Source: Eledone cirrhosa
Taxonomy: Eukaryota
Assembly (NCBI GenBank): GCA_964016885.1
Contig: OZ024742.1
Coordinates: forward strand, 237,212,001 to 237,276,000
Reading direction: 5' to 3'
Length of the DNA stretch: 64,000 nt
Part shown: positions 1 through 11,503 of the stretch, piece by piece
How the letters are laid out: each line of letters begins with the position of its first letter
How positions within the stretch are numbered: position 1 is the stretch's first letter
The notes under the pieces: model-generated
The model's input: the letters and a program-made list of their open reading frames with translations, nothing else
Told to the model about the DNA's origin: nothing
Database searches by the model: none
Translations under genes and position numbers: made by a program

Positions 1-2087
1 CTGGTCCTTCGGAAATAGTTGCTGAGATGCTGAAGGCATCTGGTTCGGTGGGACACACCATGGTCACCCGGATAGTTAACCAAGTCGTACAGAATGGGGT
101 TGTTCCGAAGGAATGGCGTAGCAGCATCATCGTTAACTGCTATAAGGGAAAAGGAGATGCCCTAGATAGGAGTAACTATAGAGGCATTAAATTAATCGAC
201 CAGGTCATGAAGGTCACGGAAAAAGTAATAGCGCAACTAATCAGAGAGAGAATTGATCTAGATGAAATGCAGTTCGGGTTTGTGTCAGGCAAAAGTACCA
301 CAGACGCTCTTTTCATTGTACGACAACTACAGGAGAAGTACCTAGCTAAAAGTAAACCCCTATACTTAGCTTTCGTCGACTTGGAGAAAGCCTTCGACAG
401 AGTCCCCCGTTCCATTATCTGGTGGTCTCTTAGAAAACTAGGTGTTGACGAATGGCTTGTGAGAGCTATACAAGCCATGTATAAAGAAACAGTCAGTAAG
501 GTTAGAATTAACAACGAATATAGTGAAGAGTTTAGCGTAAAAGTTGGTGTCCATCAGGGCTCTGTTCTTAGCCCCCTACTATTTATTATTGCCCTTCAGG
601 CTATAACAGAGGAGTTCAAGACCGGCTGCCCATGGGAACTCCTATACGCAGATGATCTAACGCTCATAGCTGAATCAATGACCGAACTAGAGAAGAAATT
701 CCAAACGTGGAAGCACGGCCTAGAATCAAAAGGCCTTAAAATTAACCTGGCTAAGACTAAAGTTCTAGTTTGTAGGAAAGAAAATAAGGCACTGGTCCCA
801 TCGGGGAAATGGCCATGCTCAGTGTGTAGGAAAGGCGTAGGTAGAAACTCCATTTTATGTCCCAAATGCAAAGTATGGGTGCATAAAAGATGTAGTGGGA
901 TCACAGGTAAGCTAACTAAGAACATAGATTTTACATGTGGCCGGTGCTCTGGTGCAATAAGTAGCAGCAAGCGCCCACAAAATACTAGCTCCTTCAACTG
1001 CGCAGAGGGTTCTATAGAAATAGTGGACAGCTTCCGTTATCTGGGTGACAAAATCAGCAGTGGGGGAGGGTGCTCTGAAAGTACAGTAACTAGAGTCAGA
1101 ACTGGATGGAAAAAGTTCAGAGAGCTTATACCACTATTAGCCGCTAGAGGGTTCTCCCTAAAAATGAAAGGCAGGTTATACGATGCCTGCGCATACGAAC
1201 AGCAATGCTGCATGGCAGTGAGACCTGGGCATTGTGTGCAGAGGATATACGCAGACTAGAGAGGAACGAAGCTTGCATGCTCCGCTGGATGTGCAATAGT
1301 AATATACGTGAACGGCAAAGCATAAACGAACTAAGGAAAAAATTAGAAATAAGAGGGATCAGATGTTGTTTACTCGAGAGAAGGCTACGTTGGTACGGTC
1401 ACGTGATGCGCATGAAAGACGACAGCTGTATAACAAAGTGCAGGGCAATAAAGATAGACGGTAGCCACGGAGTAGGCAGACCCAGAAAAACATGGGACGA
1501 GCTGATAAATTCCGACCTCACACGCTTACACCTCTCCAAGACAATGTCACTGGACCGAGACCTTTGGCAGTACTCAGTAATAGAGAAGACCCGCCTTACC
1601 TAAATACAAAGTAAAAACCTACTACAGTCAGTAGGCATCTCTATCAAAACACAACCCCGTCCCACCACCTCCACCCCACCCACACCGCCCCTTTCAATGT
1701 AAAGTTATGTTGGTCCCACAACATCCAGGCCGAAACAAATGAGATCGTGTAGGTGTCACGACAAAAAACACACAGTCCACGCTGTAAATGTGGCCGTGTA
1801 GGCAACACGGTAAAAACCTCCCAGCCCCACACTGTAAATGTGGTTGGTGTTAGGAAGGGCATCCAGCTGTAGAAAACCCGCCAGACAGTCCACGCTGTAA
1901 TGTGGCCGTGTAGGCAACACGGTAAAAACCTCCCAGCCCCACACTGTAAATGTGGTTGGTGTTAGGAAGGGCATCCAACTGTAGAAAACCCGCCAGACAG
2001 TCCTATGCGAGCAAGACAACCACTCTTGCCTCAAGTGGGAAAACCCCCGTCCAAACCCATGCAAGCGTGGAACACGGACGCTAAACC

Positions 2088-2120
<33 letters not shown>
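1..2120 (+). mobile_element. RTE-clade LINE (RT, PHD finger, C-terminus, 3'UTR and (GAT)n tail); 5' part cut by the window edge
   Basis: RT motifs NYRGIKL, QFGF, FVDLEKAFDRV, GVHQGSVLSP, YADD and RYLG; RTE-type C-terminus RLRWYGHVMRM...GRPRKTW; (GAT)n tail at 2089-2120. Confidence 0.95.
3..1603 (+). pseudogene. RTE ORF (reverse transcriptase) broken by one frameshift near 1190
   Basis: ORFs 27-1259 and 1205-1603 overlap. This copy reads gcctgcGCatacgaac, whereas sister copies near 28990 and 41290 read gcctgcatacgaac. Confidence 0.9.
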
Positions 2121-2122
<2 letters not shown>

Positions 2123-2198
2123 CTTTACCAGTGAGTGATCAACCATTGTTTCACTATGGTATATGGTATAGTAGTGGTATGGTATGTAATATATAGTA

Positions 2199-3119
2199 CT
2201 AGCAGTGGTACCCGGCGTTGCACAGGATAAGGTATTTTGGAATGCGGGCTGCCAACAGACCTAATCGTGGAAAAATTGAATGCCTGGACAATATGTAAAG
2301 AAAATAAACCGAATACTCTGATGGCTGGATAATCTTTAGGATTTTCCTCGATGAAGCGGGAAAAATGAAGGTTTTCATCTAATGTGGGCCCTAGGGGATC
2401 AAGATATTAAATTTTTTTTATGTGCATAATATGCCTTGAAATTTCAGGAAAAGTGGCTAGACGTAACGCCTCCAAAAAGCCCTAAAAAGCTGAAAAAATG
2501 AAGTTTTTCACCTAATGTGGGCCCTAGGCCATAAAAAAGTTGGATTTTCTTTGCTCACGGTATGAAGAAGAGACTGACTAATACATAGTTACAATTTCAA
2601 GGATTCGGTCTGATGTAATGCCTCAAATAACCCCTAAAAACCTGAAAAACCGCAGTTTTTCACCTAATGCGGGTGCTAGGAGATCAAAAAATTCAATTTT
2701 ATGTGCATAACACTCCATGAAACATAAGTAATACACATGTAAAGTTTGAAAAGAATCAGTTGGGTACTTCTCGAGTTTTAGAGATTCAAACTCACACACA
2801 CACACACACACACAGACATCCGCAGGGAAGTGACGTAATGCAGACAGCCAGCCAGACATACAGACAGATATTATAAGGGTGTGACGTTATATGTATGTAT
2901 CTATCTAAAAAGAGAAAGACTAAGAATTATAGAGAGAGATCGTTAAATCGCCTAATGCGGTCCCTAGGGCATTGAAAATTTGAAATTTGTTTTGCTCAGA
3001 ACATTCCCTGAAACATAAGTATTACATGTGTAAAGTTTGAAAACAGTCGGTTGGGTGCTTCTCTAGGGATTCAAACTCACACACACACAGACAGACATCC
3101 TCAGTTTTATATATATAGA
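2199..3119 (-). mobile_element. Non-autonomous Helitron
   Basis: On the minus strand it starts A|TC (atctatatatataaaa) and ends CTAG|T; no TSD; internal repeats of cctaatgcgggccctagg; a second copy lies at 6604. Confidence 0.8.
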
Positions 3120-3120
3120 T

Positions 3121-3232
3121 AATAGTATTATGGTGTGTAATGTATAGTACATAGCAGTACTATGGTGTGTAATATACAGTACATAGCAGCACTATGGTGT
3201 ATAATATATAGTACATAGCAGTAATATGGAGA
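3121..3232. repeat. ~32-bp minisatellite (agtactatggtgtgtaatatacagtacatagc), about 3.5 units; related sequence also lies left of the Helitron at ~2150-2198
   Basis: Direct tandem repeats visible in the sequence. Confidence 0.75.
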
Positions 3233-3740
3233 GTAATCTATTAATATTTTATTGGAGGCATTGATTTTGGCTTTAATGTTTTTACAAGTAGACCTGCAAT
3301 CCAATAGTAATTACCAAGATAACATTGGTAGGCCTACTGATGAATTTTATAGGTTTTTTGTTATACATCATACATAACTCATATAGAGAAAGACATCACA
3401 TTTAATATCTCAATTTAAGAGTTGTAGCTTTAGTAAATGCGTTTGTCACAGGTTATTATAGCCTAGCCTTATGGTGAAGTTTTAAGCTGCACATAACTTA
3501 CTGAATCTTGTAGGAGGGTGATCTATACAGCAGGTATAGGTCTAATCTAAAAGTTTCAGCTTTGATCTTACGGTTGACTTATATGTCAGGTAGACATGTA
3601 TGCTAAAATTTATAGTACATATGAAAGAAGCATAAATTCAAATTTCATTAAATTTTATGAAAATATATTATCTCACGGGACACCAGGATTTTTCACAGAA
3701 ACCTGGAGTTCATTGGAACCCGCCTTGGAAAACACTTTTA

Positions 3741-4660
3741 AATAAATAATAATAATAATGCTTTCTTTATCAACCACAAGGGTTGACATAAAGTATAACA
3801 TTAAGGTCAACACAGGACAATACAAGACGGTACAAATGGGTATTTCTGAATGTAAAGAAAAAACAATAACAAAGGAAATAACAAAAAAATGAAACAAAGA
3901 AAAATTCCCCAATAGGGTGGACACCAAAGAGCGTCACTAGTGGAGAAAACCCATTAAAAAAGCCACGGTGACACTGACCACTAGGGCAAGTGCCCTCTCC
4001 CAGTTTTCCACCTCCAATCTTCAGGCATGTACTCAGAGCTGGCCCATTCACTCGGGCCATCTCACCTCTCTCACCCATCTCTCAACAAATTGTTGGGAAG
4101 GGATCACTTCCCTCTCCGCCCTGATTTTCCTTTTCAAATGAAATTTAAAAAAGTTAATCAGGGCATCGCTGAAGAGGTAAGTGCTCGTCTTCAGCCCTTT
4201 CAAATGCGTCCACCACACAACCTCTTTCACCATGGCCACCATGCAGATAAAAACTGCCTGCCCTTCCCAGCTAAAGAAAAGCAGCAGGGAAATACTCATG
4301 ATTGACTCAGCTGATAGCCGGATCCATCCTAAATGTGACAGCAAGTGTTCGACATAAACCCACAAGTCAGCAATGCTCGGACACAGGATGAGTGCATGCA
4401 GGATGGTTTCATCGTCCAGTATGCATCTCAGACAGGTTGGCTGACAGCACTTCCATGCCTGTAGAGTTTATCCTGAACTGGCAAAGCTCCTCGGTAGCAC
4501 TGCCAGGCTAGGGATTTCTGGAAGTTGTCCATGGACTCAGGCTCAAAAGTTCTCTCAAAGAGATTGGCTAGTTGATTTTTGTCGACGCCCAAAGTCTCCC
4601 CAAGGATGTCGTCACTCTTTCCCTCTACTAACCCTCTATAGAACGCCAGGTGGAGTTTTC
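3741..4660 (-). mobile_element. L1/Tx1-clade LINE 3' remnant (zf-RVT-like C-terminus, (ATT)n tail)
   Basis: Minus-strand translation LPVQDKLYRHGS..CLRC..DETILHALI.CP; homologous to 32631-33655. Confidence 0.7.
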
Positions 4661-4759
4661 ACCGATCGCATCGCCTGACTGGTCTAGGGCTGTGAGCACC
4701 TGAAGACATTCCAGTCTCCAAGCATTTCCTCTCAGGCTTTGCTTGACCCAGGACTAATA

Positions 4760-5182
4760 CTGCATGGTAATGAAACATGGGAAGTGATTGCAGAAGACAT
4801 GCGTAGACTTGAGGGAAATGAAGCAGCCATATTCCGTTGGATGTGCAATATAAATGTGAGAAAAAGGCTGAGCTTGGATGAGTTGAGGGAGAAGCTGGGT
4901 TTAAGAGGAATCTGAGGTGGTGTGCAGGAGAGATGACTGTAGGCATAGGCATGTGATGTGTATGGACAATGATTGTTGGGTGAAGAAGTGTCAGGAAATG
5001 ACTGGATGGAATCTGCAGAAGAGGTAAATCAAGAAAGACCTGGGCAAATGTGGTGAGCTAACCTCAAATCACTGAGACTAGATGAGGAGATGATGAAGAA
5101 ACACAGCGAGTGGAGATATACTGAGTGAAAAATACCCATCCAACCCATGCAAGCATGGAAAAACAGATGTAAAAAGAATGAT
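4760..5182 (+). mobile_element. Degraded RTE 3' fragment
   Basis: LHGNETW...LEGNEA..RWMCN motifs, homologous to 1205-1600. Confidence 0.75.
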
Positions 5183-5204
5183 CACAATTAGTTTCTCTAT
5201 ATAC

Positions 5205-5328
5205 CTTTCATGGAAAATTTCACACAAAAAAGGTGTGTGTTTTAATATATTGCCAAGTAAACTGCAAACTCGTGATTTCAGTACAGATGATTCATAGTTC
5301 AACAGGGCACACAGTACAGAGTAATCAC
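5205..5328 (-). CDS. STK36: STK36 homologue, last exon seen (DYSVLCALLNYESSVLKSRVCSLLGNILKHTPFLCEIFHE)
   Basis: atatag acceptor, GTATAT donor; 124 nt, phase 1-2; resembles human YRPLRSLLGH...RLLGHLLQHS. The gene presumably continues beyond position 1. Confidence 0.9.
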
Positions 5329-5864
5329 CTATATTGAAGAAAAAGTTAATGTTTTGCTTCTTTTAATAACATTTAAACACTTTATTTATAGAGACAAAGG
5401 AATTATTCAAGGTATGAAGTTGGATGTATGAGATGGTGAGTAGAGGAGGAACTAAAATATATACGATAATAGTAATTAGGTCAGTTACATAAGTTAGTCA
5501 TAGTAGACAACAAATTATATTTTGAAGTTATTTTATACAGAAACAGCAGCAACAAGAAGCATTTCCACGTCATTTTACCCACAATGATATGATGTCCTTT
5601 TTGAAGACAATGGTTTATAGCTAGATGCCTTTCCTGGTGCCAACCCTTCTAGTTACCTCTCAAAACATGCAGAGCTATGGTGTACTTATTTTATATAAGA
5701 TACACAGTCAATTGAAGTTATTTTATAAAGAAGAATTAGAGAAGTGGAATTCATCATCAAACTTCTTCATCTGATTTGGTTTCTAATTACTGGATAAGAT
5801 TTTACAATAGATATAAAGAAACTGAACTATAAAACAATTAATTCATGTAAAGTATTGAAAACAT

Positions 5865-6120
5865 GTGGTCTAGTGGTTAGAAATGTTGGTCCCATAATCA
5901 TAGGGTCTCAAGTTTGTTTCTAGAGCTAGCTGACATGCTGTGTCATTGAGCAAAGGACTTCATTTCAAGTTGCTCCAGTTTACTCAGCTGAAAATGAGCA
6001 GAAGAAGCAGCTAGGAAATAAGCTTGCATGCTGCCCAAGAGGGGTCTTGTACCTTAGTTATTTAAAGTGAGAAGAAACTAGGATAAGCTCCAGTCATGTG
6101 TGCCCTCAGGTTAAAAAAAG
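5865..6120 (+). mobile_element. Degraded tRNA-derived SINE
   Basis: A-box-like tggtctagtggttag head followed by the tgtc.ttgagcaa...ttgctccagt..actcagctg central block shared with the 20850 copy. Confidence 0.6.
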
Positions 6121-6603
6121 ACACCAACTCTGGTTCAATATGTGGTTGTTTATTTTAAAGTGTTTTTACTTAAGAACCTTTGTTATGCTATGTTTCAAAC
6201 GCTAGCTTAATTAGGAAAATGTCTGTTATATTACTAAATCCCTCCAAATTCTTGATTATTTTTAAAATGCTTTGAAAATCATAGGCAATGACTTTTATAA
6301 GAAATAGACCACCCGTGACCCGTTGGGACACATTCACTTCAAAATATTTTTTTAAAATCATGTTCACTTAAAAATAATTTTTAAATAATTAAAATATACA
6401 CAGATATGTATATAATGTAAAATGAAACTGGAAGGCATTTATATATATACGTGTGTCTATGTATATATATAAATGTGTGTGTATACATATATATATATAT
6501 ATATGTATGTGTGTGTATATATATATATATATATATGTGGGTGTTTGTGATATATATGCACTGGTCATAGACACACACATATACACTCATATATATATAT
6601 ATA

Positions 6604-7204
6604 CTAGCAGTGGTAGCCGGCATTGCACGGGATAAGGTATTTTGGAATGCAGGCCACCAACAGACCTAATTGTGGAAAAACTGCATGCCTGGACAATATG
6701 TAAAGAAAATAAATATAGTACTCTGATGGCAGGATAATCTAACATTTTCCTTGATGAAGCAGGAAGAAGGCAGGTTTTCACCTAATGCGGGCCCTAGGGG
6801 ATCAAGAAAATGAATTTTTTTTATGTGCATAATATGCCTTGAAATTTCGGGAAAATCGGCTAGACGTAACACCTAAAAAAAGCCCAAAAAAGAAGTTTTT
6901 CACCTAATGCGGGCCCTAGGCCATAAAAAGTTGGATTTTCTTTGCTCACAGTATGAAGAAGAGACTGACTAATACATAGTTCAATTTTAAGGAAATCAGT
7001 CTGACGTAACGCCTCAAAAAACCCCTAACAAACTGGAAAAAACAGTTTTTCACCTAATGCGGGATCAAAAAGTTGAATTTTTTATGTGCATAACACTCCC
7101 TGAAATATAAGTAAAGTTTGAAAAAGATCGGTTGGGTACTTCTCGGGTTTCACACAAACACATACACACATACATACTTCCTCAGTTTTATATACATATA
7201 TAGA
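6604..7204 (-). mobile_element. Non-autonomous Helitron, second copy (lacks the internal duplication)
   Basis: Same TC...CTAG termini; highly similar to 2199-3119. Confidence 0.8.
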
Positions 7205-7255
7205 TTAAAATAACAGATTAAAGTTTAAGCAAAGAATTGTTGCTTTCACCCTTAA

Positions 7256-7667
7256 CGGGATCTTTTGAAATTAAAAACATCAATCTGTGAACGCAGAAGT
7301 AAATATTTCGAAAAACGTTGCAACCGAAGGAAAACTGGAAGACGATACTTTGGTTCGTGAAGACGTTCCCTGGCAATGAACGGATAATAGCGAACATAAT
7401 ACATCATCAATGTTCATCAGAATGTCTTAATGCAGACAGCTAGGCATACAGACAGATATTATAAGAGCGCGACGGAGATGGATAACTGGTGCCTAACACC
7501 CCTTTAACAACAGAAAATTGAAAAATAAAAGCTGCAGTTAATATCTTTAGACCGCAAGGAATATATAAATGCAAGTTTGAAGTCAATCGGAGTAGAAATG
7601 TGGATTTGTATAGACTTTGCAAAAATGAGGACACACAGACAACATCAGTTTTATATATATATATAGA
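7256..7667 (-). mobile_element. Helitron-related fragment (5' end)
   Basis: Ends in cagttttatatatatatataga like the other Helitrons and shares catacagacagatattataag with the first copy (~2857-2877). Confidence 0.45.
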
Positions 7668-8049
7668 TATACACAGACTCACACACATATATATATATAT
7701 ATATACACACAACAACACCACCAGCTCTCTTCCATTCTCCTTCTCTGCCTCCTCTCCCTATGTCCCTCTTCAATCTACTCTCTCACAACCACTATCTCTT
7801 CCTCTCTATTTTGCTCTCTTTGTTTATGCAGGTACCCGGAAAAACCCCATATCTCGGGAACTCATGTTCCAATTTATGCGGAACTTGTTTTATTCCATTT
7901 GTATTCCCATTTCAGGGGCAACTTCCTTTCAAAGTATTTTCCCATTATGCGCCCTTTTGGCTGTATTACATTACAGACAAGCAAGCAATCACAGACTTTT
8001 AGTAATATATAGATATGGAATCAAATGGGTAAAATTGAAGGAAACTTAC

Positions 8050-8194
8050 CACTTTGTCCCTTTAAAATTGTAGTTAGAATTGTAAGGTAATCTGAAGAAG
8101 TTCTTGCTAGATGACAGCATATTGACAGAAGATCACTGATTACAGAGAGAGGACTTTTAGAAGACAATAATGTTTGCTGTATAAACTGTATAGC
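8050..8194 (-). CDS. STK36: STK36 homologue exon (AIQFIQQTLLSSKSPLSVISDLLSICCHLARTSSDYLTILTTILKGQS)
   Basis: tttcag acceptor, GTAAGT donor; 145 nt, phase 0-1; resembles human SDLLSLLAHTAR. Confidence 0.9.
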
Positions 8195-8524
8195 CTGAAA
8201 GAGCAACAATAAATATATTTATATACTCATCATATCAATGTGTATGTATATGTATATGTATATATATGTGTGTTAGTGTGTCCCCATTATTTTACACCCA
8301 TTTTGGATGCTGGCATGGGTTGTTACAAACCATGTAAGTACTTAATTGGAACTATTGTCCTTAATATATTCTAGATTGCCATGATTTCTATAGCTAAATC
8401 CCTTTCCTTTACAAAGTGTACTGGAGATATTTTATCATGGTACCACCACTAAGAATTTTGTCATATCCATCACATGACCGAAGAGTCCTCACAAGGCTTT
8501 GTTTGGCATGTGTGTGTGTATGTA

Positions 8525-8562
<38 letters not shown>

Positions 8563-8569
<7 letters not shown>

Positions 8570-8930
8570 GTTTGGAGTTGAAAAGCCAAAACAATGCAGG
8601 TATGGATATAGAATATAAATGCAAATGCAAAAGATATTGTTGACAATTAGTCTTTTACCTTAAATTTATTTAAATATCCTTAATTTTTGAGATATCTCTT
8701 CTTCATGACTTGGCAAGCTAATTAGTACACTGGATTAACCCCTTTACTTCCCTCTGAAGAAGAGATATCTCGAAAATTAGGATATTTAAATAAATTTAAG
8801 GTAAAAGACTAATTATCAACAATATCTTTTGCATTTATATTCTATATCCATACCTGCATTGTTTTGGCTTTTCAACTCCAAACGTTTACACTTCATCACA
8901 CAATGCTTCAAGTGAACTACAACTTCCTCC
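8563..8930. mobile_element. Penelope-like element terminal remnant: ~140-bp inverted repeat with a hammerhead-like motif, embedded in (TA)n
   Basis: Arms at 8563-8705 and 8755-8890 with a 49-nt spacer; CTGAAGA-agagatatctc-GAAA at 8754-8775. Confidence 0.65.
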
Positions 8931-8931
8931 A

Positions 8932-8972
<41 letters not shown>

Positions 8973-9282
8973 GACATCATCATCATCACTTAATATTTGT
9001 TTTCCCTGCTATCATGGGTTGGATATGTCATCAAAGGCTAGTCAGAACTGAAGCAGAGCCTCTGACCTCCAAATGGGACAGGGGCCTGATATACAATCAT
9101 GTCACAAGCACTACGGAAATTATATCCTTGGCAGGGCTGAAGAGTATTTCCAGTCCTTTATTTGGCAGGTTTTCTATAGCTGGATACCTTTCATACTACC
9201 AACTACTTTATATAGTGTACTGGATGTGATTATCTTGTAAATTATCAACACTAGAAAGGTATATACATTATATATATATCTC

Positions 9283-9540
9283 ATCATCATCATCATCATT
9301 TCATTTTACGTCCACTTTTTCTCTGCTTGCAAGGGTGGGACGGGAACTGATTCTGACTTGATTTCTACAGCTGGATGCCCTTCCTCACACCAACCTCATT
9401 TACAGTGAGTGCTGGGTGCTTTTTTGCCGTGGCATCTCCACGACCACTTTGCAGTGGAATGATATGGACCCCAGTCCCTATCATCTCATTTCTACAGCTG
9501 AGTAAACTGGAGCAATGTGAAATAAAGCTCAAGGAAACAA
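9283..9540 (-). mobile_element. SINE with RTE-derived tail, 5' truncated
   Basis: Reverse complement closely matches 20940-21236 and ends in a (GAT)n tail. Confidence 0.75.
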
Positions 9541-9543
9541 CAC

Positions 9544-9587
<44 letters not shown>

Positions 9588-10280
9588 TACTTACTATCAT
9601 CATCATCATCTTTGTGTTTTAATGTCTGCTTTCCCTGCGAGTAAGGGTGGGATGGGTGCAATCAGACCAAGTTAGTACTGAAGCAGAGCCACAGATCTCC
9701 TAGGCAGACCACGGATCTATGTCTCGCTTATGTACAGTTTCATGTTCCATCGAGTGCTAAGGAGAGGCTGACATGCCTTTGACACAACCGAGAGTCCTCC
9801 CAATCCTGTTTGGCAAGATTTCTACAGCTGGATGCCCTTCTTATCACCAACCACTTTACAGTATATACTGGGTGTGTTTATCATGTAAATCACTAGGGAG
9901 GTTGTCATGTTCTTGACATCACTGAAGGGTTCTGCCGATTCTTTTTCTGGCGAGTTTTCTATAGCTGTATGCCCTTCCTATTACCAACAACTTTGCAGCT
10001 TGTATTGGGTGCATTTATTGAGGCTGTCATATCCATGACATGAATGAAGGGTCCACTTGACCTTTTGTTTATTTGGCCAGCTATCCATGGCTGAAAGCAT
10101 TTTCAAAAATTAAAACCTGAAAAAAACTATTTTTACATATTGCAAAAAGAATATATATATATATATATATATATATTTCCAAGAGATGTCAACATGAATG
10201 GACCTGTTATTTTTATATAAAGACATTTTTTCCAATTCCACCCCCGCCCGTCACTTCAATTTATCTTATTTCTCATTCTT

Positions 10281-10316
10281 TCTTGTGATGAAGGACTAGC
10301 GTCCGAAACGTTAAGA
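10281..10316 (+). ncRNA. Minimal type I hammerhead ribozyme-like motif (C3G variant), probably in a Penelope-like terminal repeat
   Basis: tctt-GTGATGA-a-GGAC tagc GTCC-GAAA-cg-TT-aaga: stem I tctt/aaga, 4-bp stem II, palindromic aacgtt at stem III. Confidence 0.6.
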
Positions 10317-10401
10317 CCTTCTGACTGCTATTTCAAGCGTTAACCTAATATATACCTTCCATATTCTGTACCGATTGTGTTGTTATTTCTGATTACATTT
10401 T

Positions 10402-10437
<36 letters not shown>

Positions 10438-11309
10438 TATTTATCAGGATTAAAAATGGTTATAGAACCCATAAAATTTAATGTTTCTACTTTATAATAT
10501 CTAAATTTGATTTTTTTTTTAAATCAAACAAAAAAAACATATCTTCTTTATGACATATTGCATTTAATCATCACCAGCTAGGTAATGGTGTGTAGGTATT
10601 TTCCATTGGTAGAGTTATGAGTGTCAGATTAAATTCCTCAGTATTTGTTTCAGCTAACTATATTCTAAGTTCAAATTCTGCCAAAGTCAACTTTGCTTTT
10701 CATCCTATCAAGGACCATAAAGTACCATTCTTGGGGCAGTGCTTGGCTGACAGGATTCTTTGCAGTAATCTCATTCTATGCATTCTGAATTCAAATCCTG
10801 CTTCCTTTTGCCAAGACTTGTGACTGACAGATACTACCAGCAATGGAAAGACCAACGGAAAAATTGTTTCCTATGTCCAATCTGATGATCAGCCCATTTC
10901 TTTTCTTTCCATTTCAAATTATCTAAATCTATAGAAAAAATAAATAATACATTGAAGATAAAAGCACATTTTTATGCTGTAAGAAATATATATCTACTAC
11001 AGCTGGAATAATATAAATGTTCTATGTTAAATGAATTATTAAGCAATTTTCTAGCTAAGAAATATACTATCTTTTCTCATATTCCTTTTTACTTTTTATC
11101 TTTAATATTTCTTCTCTCCTTTTAAGTTTGATTCTTAATTTCCTTATTACCACCAACTAAATATGGAAGCATTTTCCAATTTTTCATTTCAAATAATCTA
11201 AAACTGACATGATAAAATGCACCCAGCAGACTTTGAAAGTGAGTGCTAGTACTTCAATAAATTGCATCCAGTACACTCTGTAAAGTAGTTATTATTAGGA
11301 AAGGTATTA

Positions 11310-11503
11310 GGGCGGTGGATTGGCAATATCAGTAGAAGGTCACACACCATGCTTTGCAGCATAGAGTTATGGCCCTTTGTGATCTGAGTTCAAATCCCAC
11401 CGAGGTTAACTTTGCTTTTCATCCTTACAGGGTCGATAAAATAAAGTACCAGTCATGCACTAGGGTAATTGCTGGCCTTGTGCCAAAAGTAGGAACAATT
11501 ATT
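11310..11503 (+). mobile_element. tRNA-derived SINE, abundant octopus-like family (other copies ~16376-17055, 17450-17640, 30110-30210, 34741-34900, 35230-35370, 52090-52495, 57221-57405, 59487-59668)
   Basis: A box tggcaatatcag, B box gagttcaaatcc, conserved body actttgcctttcatccttacggggtcgataaa, and (ATT)n tail. Confidence 0.85.
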
